A stretch of 63,938 bases of DNA, counting the filler, from Lenisia limosa (Eukaryota > Protista > Breviatea), in NCBI GenBank assembly GCA_001655205.1. It is 13 parts of 13 records of this genome, joined end to end, with 100 filler letters (N's around TTAATTAATTAA, not from the genome) between each part and the next. Parts side by side here need not be neighbours in the genome. Positions count along the whole stretch, not along the records: positions 1 to 21,691 come from LPNZ01001237.1; 12 more parts are not named here. One strand, 5' to 3'. This document shows positions 1-12,100 of this stretch, one piece after another; position 1 is the first letter of the stretch; each line of letters begins with the position of its first letter. The notes under the pieces are model-generated. The model saw nothing but the letters and a program-made list of their open reading frames with translations. It did not search any database and was not told the DNA's origin. Made by a program: the position numbers and the translations under genes.

Positions 1-166
1 CAGTGTTTTCAGATATTCGTTTGGTTTTTAACATGTTACTAATTTTGTATGTTTTCAGAACATTGAGAAATCAAGAATTTCAGGAGCAAGGATTAGTAAT
101 ATAAAACAATGTAGTTGATAGTACTCGTCCAATTATTTTCTAATTTTTATAAATTATTGCCATCAG

Positions 167-3100
167 ATGTCCCACTCATGAAGAACTCGAATATATTTGC
201 CCTCCTGATGGTAAGCTGGGGGGAGGGTACCAAATGATTCATCTTGATTATGCTACGTCAATGATAATTTTCTTAAACTGAATAGATTAAATGAACTTTA
301 TTACAAGCTTGTATATTAAAGATCAAGCCTTAATATCACAAGCCTTAATATCGTAGATGAAATTCGTTACAAGCCTTAATACCGTAGATGAAAGTCATTA
401 CAAGCCTTACTATTGTAGATGAAATTCGATGCAAACCATGCGTCAGATCTGGTCAATGCCAAGCTAATTACGGATGCTTCGATGACCCGTGTAAGGGGTT
501 CATTCATTCAAACTTTCTGGGGGAGTGAGTATTTAGTTGATGATCAGTTTTTAGACATTTCTTTTGGTACAATTATGACATTTGTTACACTTTGACAAAT
601 TAACTCTGTTCCATTGTCCCACTTTCATTTTGACTTTAACATGAATATTAAATTAATGTAAACTCTTTACTTGACTGCTTTACTGATTAACAAGTCTACT
701 ACTTTGATACTATAGTATTGCATTTTGATCAATTGTATTGCTCGTCATTTTCACACGTATAAACAGTGTTAAATCTACAACGATATCTATTTTGATTTCC
801 TCTGATATTTTGAATAATTCAATAATGAATCAATTTGACCAATTTTGACATTCCCTTCGATGACCTATTGAATATGAAATACTTGTGATCCTTACTTACT
901 CATATATTGTGAACAAAATCAATATTATGGATGTTGATCAATTCAGACGATGACTGTGTACCGTACGAAGGAGGTGCCAATTGTCCCAAAATCTGCCTCA
1001 ACCCCTACACTGGAGAGTGTGAGCCTGATAACACGGTAAAATGTTGGATTGGGAGAGTGGAGCAGGACAAACAGTAATATGGAGAATAGAGGCAAATTGT
1101 TATCAAGTAATATAAATACAATACTATCTAAAAACCATATAAGAGAGTGTGAATCTGGTCACATGTGACAATGTCAGTTTAGAGAGGATGGTTCTCTAAC
1201 ATACTTACCTTTTATAATTGTCAGTTATTAGATTCCCATTTCAACTGAAAATTTCCTGACTTTCCAGGTCCTGTCAACTGTCTACAATGTTCAGGATCGG
1301 AGTGTTTCATTTGTGAGCCGGAGTACTACCTAAGCTTCGGAGCTTGCATTCGTGAGTGGATTGTTTATTTACACTATGTTACATTGACTTGGATTCCTAT
1401 GAAACTGTTGAGTCCCCTGAAATTTTATGGACATTTGAAGAAATTTATGGGATTTCCAAATAATGCTTGGGAATCACAAGTCGATGCGCCGTAGTGGGAT
1501 GTTATTACATGACTGCTGTGTGAGGCTTCATATTGTTCCGAAAAAGACTAATTCTCGATTTAAACTTGAAAAAATCGATCTTTTGTCTTTTTGAATTCAT
1601 CTAACCACTTAGCATGTACCAAGTGTGCTCCTGATGAAGTTGTCCTTCGTGAGTGCCAACCCGACGCAGATACCATTTGTGGAGGTAAGGTTGTTTTGGA
1701 CAAAGACATCTATAGTGACCGTGATAAGTCGACCGACTTGATATCAAATCGGTCAAGAGTTATCCCGCTGTATGCTATACATATGCGTACATGTATATAT
1801 ACATACATGAATGCACCTCAATTCAAAAGTCGGAATGCAATAATGTATTTTGAAATGCATAAATTTAACATCATGTACAATACAATACAATAAGTACATA
1901 CATTTTACCAGCTGAATGGGGGAGATAGGATGAATCAATGTTTCATAATCTGGCACAGTTCCCATAGAAAAAGTTATATGAGTAACCCGATAATATTGAT
2001 CTCCAATATTGTTAATTTATACCTAAAAGACCCACAATGCGGGGACAACTGCCTTCTCTGTACTCCAAACGGCTGTCAACAATGTGCTGATGACTACTAC
2101 ATCCACCCCAGATTAAACGAATGCAGAAGTGAGTGGGGAATCGTTATCAAATGACACTGTATTGATTATTTCTGCACTGATCATTAAGTAATCTATCATT
2201 TCTTATTATGTTCATGTTCTATTGCATTCTTAATCTCGGTTTTAATCAATTAAACTGATTGTATTATATGTTTGTGATCATTTTCATGATGTGTACCATA
2301 AATCTTAAGCAATACCGGGTGATTTTATCATATGTTATGATTTTTTTGCTAGAAAATCGTAGGAGGAAATAATTGATAATGTGGATTGCAATAGTTCAAT
2401 TTTTAGTGTGTCATTTTAAATAGCATTAGGTTGTCAACTCTTAAGCCAACAACTTTTTTACGGTTTATGACAGCATGAATATTCATCAAATAAGATTATG
2501 AAATCTACAAGTGATAACATTTTGCCTATTTATAACTTTCAGTATATCATATGATCATCAACAATTCAATAGATTCTGAAATTCAAAGGTTGTAATCTTT
2601 GTCTCTTCGGTCAATGGGCGACAAGCCACCAGTGCGACAGTAATGGCAACTACATCTGCGTGGATTGGTGAGGGCAAATCACATTTTTGACATAGTTACT
2701 AAATTATTCAATGATTATATTGATATATATACAAATATGGTGACTGATAGAAATGCAAACTAAATTTGCATATTGGCAGAGAATGATGGCCCCATTCAAT
2801 CCCAAAAATGTCAGAATCTCTAATAATTCTTAAGAAATAACCAGTAGTTTTCGGATTACAAAGATCTATTTACTATACCTTTTGTGTGATAGTAATAGAT
2901 TGTTACGCAAACTCACGGGATAGCAATTAAAACTAACGCTGTTTTGATTGATACCATTAACGATTCATTTGAAAATGGTATCTTAATTGCTTCGAGTCTT
3001 TTTATGGACTGAAATGAAAGCACTTTATTTTGAATAGTATTACCAAATTCTTGGAACATTCAGGATATTATTTCAAATTTTCTTGGGACTTATTAGCTTG

Positions 3101-6100
3101 TATATTGCGGCTATTATTTACCAACCCAGCACTGATTGCCGTTCTGGACAGTATGTCCTTTCTGAGTGCGGTCCTTTCAGCGACACTGAATGTGAACGTG
3201 TGAGGGTAGTTTGATGGGGTGGTATAGGATGAAAATAATGGGGGTATGAGAAAGCGCCAATGCTTTAGTCATATTTAATGACTCTGTGCAATTACTGTTT
3301 TAAGAAACTAATTAAAGTGTCTCTCATGAATATTAGCAAATACAAGTCCAATTCACCTCATTATAGAATATATATCTAGATATATTCTAGTATATAACAG
3401 GAATTGCAGCCCATATGTGGAGGGATTATGCGGGATTGATAATGCTATTATTATTGATATTGTTTTTGTATTTTGTAGATTTTTGAGTGACTATTCAGCC
3501 TGTACCACTTGCCCCGAAAACCACTGGACTCAATCGGGTCAATGTCCAAATGGATCATATGACTGTCAAGAATGGTGGGATAAATAGTGAGACCTGTTGT
3601 TAATGGTATGATGAATAGTGTAGTGGGGATTGTTGATGTTATGATGAATTACGGTAGTGGAAATTGTTCATAATAATTATATTGTAAGGTAGCTTATGTT
3701 GTCATACCAGCATTTCAATTTATATTTACAACACATTTACAGTTCACAAAACTCCGAACAAATGATATGAGAGTTTACATTTGGAAAAATGATCCAAAGT
3801 GATGTCAATAACTAATACTTTTTGATTCTTAGACCATTTTTTATCTCAACCAATAATTTCTGCAGCACCTTCTGCGATATCGGTTTCTACGAAATCCGGC
3901 CATGTACCTTGTTTAGAGATCGCCAATGCAAGCGTATGTCTCATCGTCAATTTTTCCAAAATCATGGTGCATCAAATTTCATAATTATTATATGCTTGGG
4001 ATTCCCAATCCCAACTTTATCATAAGAACCCCTGACAATATGCAAGCCATACACCCAAAAAAATATTTTCTCAAATAGATTCTTGGAAATAGCTTTTTGT
4101 GCTAATAAGTGTGGTTACTTAGGTCACTTATTTTGAATTTTTCCTGAATGGGCTTCTAAATTTAGCAATTTTACTTGGTTTCTCAATTGTAAACAATATT
4201 CTGAGTGACCGCGATAAGTCCTGAAACGACTGATTAGGGATGTAGCTCAAATATGTATCAGTTCTTCTTATGATTTGTCATGAATTTGCCATAGTTTATT
4301 TCTCCAGAATGTGAAGTTTGTCCAGCTGGCCAGTACACTAACTCTCAAACCTGCTCTTCTTCGGGATCATATGATTGCAATGATTGGTTGGTGGGGGTCT
4401 ATTTGAATACAGAGTAATTGGGAGATATTTAACTAAAGAATGGTTGGGGATTAAATGACTAAATTAGGTGGATGGGGATTTTAAGCTTGGCTTTTACCTG
4501 ATAATCTAATTTTGAAATAGAGTAGAAGTGCTTCTAATTAATTTTAATTTTTTTGATCCATTTTTGATGCACATTAAGGAGGTTGATTGGTGGGGTGGTT
4601 TTTAGCGGGTTTTTTGAATTTTTCGAAAAATGTAACGAGCAAACTTTGGTAATTTTCATTCTCAAAATTTAGCACTATATGTAGAGATGGTCAAGTTGAA
4701 GTCAGCCCTTGTGAACCATTCTCAGATCGGGTGTGTCAAGGTGAGCTGGATACTTTACACACAAATGATTCTTAACTGTATAGTAGTTCTAATCTGTAGT
4801 TAGCTATTTTTGGGTTTTTGGAGCTAAATACAAGTCTGACGCTGTTTAAGATGTTACTTACAATATTTAAAATTGCTTTCAGCTAAATCCACCTCACGAG
4901 CAGGATTTAGCCAAGTACAAAAAAGTATATCTCAAAATTTTGCCAAGTACAAATTGAGCAAAATACAGCTAAATGCTGAAATATTAAAAGCTCCTGGTAT
5001 CCCACTGATATTAGGACCAAGTCCGCCCCGCGATGGTTGATTACATAGTGTTTAATGCTGTTTCTCATAGTGTTTTAGGGTGTACACTGTGTGACCCCGG
5101 GTTCTATTCCGAGAGTACCAGCTGTGACTCCTCTGGTGAATATTCCTGCAAGCCCTGGTAGGGGGAGACATTTACCGGTTACTCCAACTAAAAGAGCGGG
5201 CACTTAGATTTTTTAGATGAGTGTTATAGGGAACTAGCAATCTCTTTACGAGTGAAAGGTCTTTAAATGGTTCCCTCTGATTGTAAAAATTAAATCCTCC
5301 AAATTTCACAATTAATAATAAACAAAAAACAATTCAGATAATAGAAACAATACATAACAAAACCAAAAACCTCAAAAATACCTCTACCTGAATATATATT
5401 AGTTCACCTAAATTTTATCTGTTCAATTATATCCGTTCACTCATACTTTATCTGTTCACACTCATATGTTAGGTCAGTTCACCTCCATACTTTATCTGTA
5501 CATGCCACCAGAAAATACCTCCATTCACCACGCTTACAACTTCACCCATTTACACAAATTCACTCCCCTCAGAGTAGCCAACAGAGTTGATTCTGGGCTT
5601 TTTCTTTTCATAAAGTGTTCATATTTACCCTCCTCTCCAGCTCAGAATGCCCCCCGGGATATTCTGAAGTTGTTCCATGCCTCCCCTTCTCTGACAGACA
5701 ATGCGAGAGTATGTCAATGATATTTCACTACAACATCAACTATATCTATGTATTTTATCAAAAATACCATTCAATACTTGAATGTATGAGTTCTATTTTC
5801 AAAGTTTATATTTTATCATAATATTATTTTTTATTTCGAAGATAACCTGTATATTGTTATTAAAGATGCGAGATTGTACTCTTAATGAGATGTAGAATGC
5901 AACGAATGTCCAAATGGATTCTACTCTGAAAGCGGAACCTGTGTAAACGGTTCTTACGAGTGCAAGAAATGGTGAGAGATGTTGAAAGAGAATGATTGGA
6001 CATTGTTGAAAGAGATGATGGGTGATATGGTGGGGGAAGAGCAAAAAAGTTGGGGAATGTGGTGCACAAGTTCAAGAAATGGTGGAGATACTGGGCTTAA

Positions 6101-9100
6101 AAATGTCTTTATGAAAATATCTCAAATATTTGCATAAAACCCTGGGAAATATGGGCATTTGTGCTTCGGTTCATATTACCCTCTGCAGCAAAGACTGTCT
6201 TGCGGGAACCTATGAAACAAGTCCTTGTTTACCCTTTGATGATCGGAAGTGCTCAAGTAGGTGCTGTGGCTAGGCTAGGGCTTCACTTCGGTTCGAAAAA
6301 AGACTGAATGTCTCGATAAATCCTTGAAAACAATCGATATTTCACCAGTATTTGTCGAACCGAAGTGAAGCCCTAGCTGTGGTCGTACACAAAGTTGTGA
6401 GGCTAATGATTGGTTGAATTAGTATATTAGATTCCTGTATCTTTGATAAGGGTAATATTGTGAACAGCTTCGCCTAGATACATGCTTTTTTGATCAATCT
6501 TTATAAAATTTTGGTTATAATTTCTTATTTTCCATTTTTAAACCAATTTGTGCCCCCACCTTCACAATCATTCCACCCCCTCTACAGACTGCCAATTATG
6601 TCCTGATGAGTACTATTCACTCTCTCCCTTCTGTCCGAGTGGTGAATACTCTTGCCAAGAATGGTCAGTGGTCATCCTGATAATGTTGAATTAGCAAGAG
6701 AAAAAGACTGGAAATAACATACAGTTATTTTCCACTCATCAATATGATATGTCATATCCACTGTAATCGACAAGTCTCAGCATTACTCTCTGGTACACTG
6801 AGATAAACTCGCGTTATCTTCCTTATTTCGATTTGAGAAGCAAGACTTGAAAACTCTGAAATGTAAATTCTGACTTTCTGTTTGCAAATTTAACTCGACT
6901 ACAGTGACGTATGTCCTGTGGGCACCTATGCAGCAAGACCTTGCCTGCCATTCCAAAACCGTGTTTGCAGAGGTATGATTGGGTTTTTCAACGATTCTTC
7001 CTTGTTTCATATTATTTGATCTACAATTGAAAAACTTAATATGTAATAATATGATAATCTTTCTTTGGGATCCTGGTTTCAATAAAAACTTGACTGCAAC
7101 AAAATCCATTCATTACTCATGTTCCATAATTCTTGAAGGAGGTGTGTTGTTTGAGTTTTGTGCATTACATGCTGTTCTAAGTGTAACGACAATTTTCCAA
7201 TGACAACATCCGCACAGCTCTATAGTTCACAAATAAGTATCCAAATTGACAACAACGATTATATTGTTAGACTTCAACAACACTTGGACATGTTACACTT
7301 TAGACTGCCAACAATGTCCTCCTGACTACTATGCCTCCAGTCAAGACTGCATCAATGGCTCTTATGATTGCCTAAGATGGTAGGTAGTACACTACTACCG
7401 CACGTCGACTTGTGATTAAAAGCATAACATAGTAACGTTACTTATTCGTATTATTACCAAAGAAATTTTGGTTTAGTTTCCATAACTCTGATTACAATGG
7501 GTGAACAACCATTGTCCAACATTTGAAAACAATTTGCGCTACTATTGTTGTTATCAAATTTACAAACTGTGATCTTTTGAAGGTCTTACACTTTTGTAGC
7601 AATTGGAGGGTATGGAACTAAAATGTATTATTATCAGAGATTTTGGAGTTATGTATATTCTCATCAATAAATGCAAATATTCCACCAACTGATATTGTTA
7701 ATTCATTTTTTGGGTCCTCTTAGTTCAATATTAGCCCTTAAAGTTGTTTAGTGTTTCACAAGCATCCTTGTACCTTTCATGCTCAAAACACCCCTTCAGA
7801 ATATATTCATAAGTTATCCTAACCCCACAGCACTCCATGTCCCGAGGGATACTACGAGACAGTGCCGTGCACTCCTTTCGCCGATCGCGTTTGTCGTGGT
7901 AAGCTGTGGACAATACATTTCGATTCAAATTCTAATGATAAAAAATAACTGAAAATTGTATTGTGATATCAAATAGAGTGGTAAATAATACTGCTTGTGT
8001 GTGTTTTGACCAATTTTTCGTTTCTACCCCCCCCCCCCCNNNNNNNNNNNNNNNNNNNNNNNNNNNNNNNNNNNNNNNNNNNNNNNNNNNNNNNNNNNNN
8101 NNNNNNNNNNNNNNNAATGCCCAAGTGGTGCCTATGACTGCGAACCATGGTGAGTCTTTTGGTGGGGAAATAATAAATTAACATGGATGGTGGGGTTTTC
8201 GGTGGCAAAAGATGGTTAAATTCAACGCGCTGATGTTGGGGCTTTCAGTGAATAAAACGTGGCATTGAAATGCTGTTGCAAAATATCTATAAATCAGGAT
8301 TTGAGAATACAAGTCTGCTTTCAATTCATTATTCTCTTTCACCATGCACTTTATTCCTTCATCACTCATTAATGACATTCATATTTTCAGTGTAATACTT
8401 TTCAACACTTTATTCCATTTTATAACTTTATTAACTTTCACCGTGTAATACTTCCAGTACGCCTTGTCCAGAACGGTATTATGAGACCCGTCCCTGCGGT
8501 CCCTACACCAATAGAATTTGCTTACGTTGGAGGGTATTCGATAATGTTGACCTACAGTGACCGGGATAAGTCTTGACCGATTTGCTTTATAATACCAGAC
8601 GATCATATCAATTGTGTGGACATAATTTTGATTTGATCATCTGGCATCATTCGAAGCGAATTGATACACGAAGATAACACCTTGGTTCTCTCTCTAGTGT
8701 ATCGCAGTGTCACTGAGATTTCACACGGTGCATTTACTTGGAATTCCCGTATACTATATAGGAATCATGAATTTCTTCATTTTTATAAGATTCCTTGGGA
8801 TTCTCATATAAAATATGGGAATACCACCGTTTTCACAAGAATCCTAAGTCGATGCTCCGTAGTGTTGTCGATCAATTGTCGTTCGACTGGATATGAGGTA
8901 TCGTATCATAGTACTACTGAAAAATGATAGCGAATTTGTGTGAACGATCCAAAACGTAATAATAAAATATTTTGGTGGTAGTTAATGATTAATAAATGAG
9001 GAGTTGTTTAAGTTGATTGTATTATTTGATTTGTTCCTCAATCAATTGATACAATTGCATTCTTGTTCTCAAAAAACAGTTGATTTATTTATCCAAATGC

Positions 9101-12100
9101 TTACATCCAACAGCGTGCCAGGTTTGTCCTGATGACTACTACTCCCCAAGTAATAACTGCGCTTCTGGCTCTTACGACTGCAGACCCTGGTAAGTGGCGT
9201 GACCCTGGTGTGTCTTTGTATTTCTAAACTAGCATATCTCTCATTGAGAAAAACAGTCCATTTTTGATATTTCTCATATTTACTTAATGACAGACTTGTA
9301 AATGTCAGATAACAAGAGGGTTTCTCCAAGGTGTCCAAGTTTCAGTTTTACTAACAGTTGACAATTATCACAAGAGTAATTACTTGGTGTATCATATTAC
9401 TATGTTGTAACACAGCACACGTTTGAAAAAATCCCAATATGACCTATTTCAGCACACCTTGTCCAGAAGGCTACTATGAAACTGAACCTTGCACCGAATT
9501 CAAGGACAGAGTCTGTGAAGGTTTGCATAGATATGGGATGATGAACACCTAGTCACCCCAACCAACACAGTTGGGGTAACCAGGTGCATTTCTCCAGCGA
9601 TATACCTTGGGTTCATTTCTCTTCGAAATGGAAATAATTCGTATCATATAGCCTTACGGTGAACCAATGGAACTCGTCTACTCGCGAGCGGACTTGGTCC
9701 TAATATCAGTGGGATCCCAGCAATCATTCACTCAAACAAAAACAAAGAAATGGACAACATATTGATTGTAATCCTTCATTAATATAGTTGGAGATATATT
9801 CAGGTTCATCAGGTTTGTTTTGTTTTGTCCATCTCTATGTTTACCACCATTCAACCCCTCTTGCACCCTCTTTTGTTACTCCCTTTACATTATCTCCTTT
9901 ACCTCACAGAGTGTGAGCCTTGCCCAGAGGGGTACTATTCTGAGTCGGCTCTCTGCGTCCCCGGTACTTATGACTGCCGCAAATGGTAATTTGGGCTTAT
10001 TTAAACAAGGGAGTAATTTATGTCTGCAATTATAATTAATAATGGTATTTATATCATATGACATATGCTATGAAAAGACAAGACAATCTGCAATGTCGAT
10101 TATTGAAGCACAAGATAATTCCACCCAATTTATTGACATGCCTAGAGAGTGTGATGGATTGTCAAAATAATTAGTGAGCGTTTAATTGATCAATTGTTAT
10201 TGTTGAGATATACTGTCATAATTATCAACACATACTTTAGCACCGATTGCCATGAAGGATACTACGAAGTTACCACATGTACCCCATTCCAAGATCGTGT
10301 TTGTGAAAGTGGGTTTAGATCACTTGGTCATTTACACATGCCAAATATCATTTTCTACAAAGTGACTTAACATCTAACGTCAAATGATGTGACAGTTGAG
10401 GGACAAGTCTCAGTGGTATAATTGAGTCTTCATAATAAATCAGTATCAAAGTATAGTTCCCATTAGTCATTTGATAATAATTGAAAATCCCTGATAAAGT
10501 GAAACCCTGTTGATAGTCATCAAGTTTAAAACCAGATTCTACGCATATATTCCACTGTGGCTACATTCTAAAAGACTGGTGACCATGCAGAGTGTCAGCC
10601 TTGTCCTGATGAGTACTACTCACCCTCTCGTGATTGTGATGCTGGAACCTATAACTGCATCCCATGGTTAGCTGCGATTTGGGCTTTTTAGGTTGTGATG
10701 GAGTGGAAATTTATAACATTCCATAATTAGTTGGTCGTGATGTGGGCATGTTGTAAATTAGGTTGGGATAAGCGACCTCTTTGGGACATGATTTATTGGT
10801 ATTTCATTTATTGTGTTGTGTATTCACCTAATACAATATTAATGGAGGGTTTTTTACTTCAACCCTTGGTTGGGGAGTTATGACAGGGATTTTGGATTGG
10901 TCGGTATGTCTTTTAACTGAAATACGATTTTTGAATTGGGGATTGTGATAAGGTGCTGTGGGATCTAAAACAGTATTTCTTGGTTAGGGCTTCACTTCGT
11001 TTCAAAAATAGACTGAGTTTCTCGATAAATCCTCAAAAATTCATCGATATTTCACCGATATTTTCCGAACCGAAGTGAAGCCTTACTCTTGGGGGAGGTA
11101 GGTCTAATATTGGTGGTATCCTACCCGAATTATTGATCTAAAATGTTGTTTTTTCAGAGTCAGTCATTACAAATATTTAAAGTGATATAAGCGGTATTCC
11201 ATTTGTATTTTGCTTCTACAGACTTTTTGCACAAGTTCATTGTCATTATTTAGCACAAAATGTGAACATGATGAGGTTGAAATTGAGGAATGTTCGCCAT
11301 TTGACGATCGTGTCTGCCAAGAGTGCACCCCATGCCCCCCTGGTGTGTTTGGGAAGTTTTCAGCCTATTAATAATTTTATAGGGAGACTTCGGTCTGAAA
11401 AAAGACAAACTTTTCAATATTTTTGCGGTCATTACCAATTACCAGATTTTACTGAAGCACTAAACAGAAAAATAGATATGTTTATATCTGTCATTGGCTT
11501 CAATTAAACACTCCAGTATTTATATACACATACATGTATGTAATCTAAGAATTGAATCACAATTTTAGGTACTTACTCGCGTGACGGAGTGTGCACAGAC
11601 GGGCAATACAACTGTGAACAATGGTAGGAACTGGTATTGGGTAATGGGTAGATTCCACCAAATTCTCAAAATGACATGAAAACTGATAAAACAGAATTAA
11701 CCTAATTTTATACAACTCTTGGTTCTCTTTGAATTGTTTTATCGTTTTTAGCTCTCACTGCGCTGATGACCAATATCTCTATCGCCCATGTACTCCTTTG
11801 AAGGACACAATATGTCGCGGTTAGGGGGGAGTCAAGCCTAGTTGGAATGTTGTACCGTATGGTTAGGGCTTCACTTCGGTTCGAAAATAAGACTGAATAT
11901 CTCAATAAATCCTTGAAAACTATCAATATTTTACAGGTCTTTTTCGAACCGAAGTGAAGCTTAAAGTAGGTTATTCTTATATGGTGAAATAGTTTGATTG
12001 TGACAGTATTTCCCTTTATATTTCAAAAATGTTTGGATAAATGTTATGCTATTTAATGATTTTTATATATCAGTGAAGTATTTTTCGGGCATACAGCTTA

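Noticed and set aside
6276-6375. Main MITE as Tc1/mariner with a TA duplication
   Set aside because: The TA belongs to the TIR; 8-bp duplications lie outside it (perfect at 48273/48412), which fits hAT.
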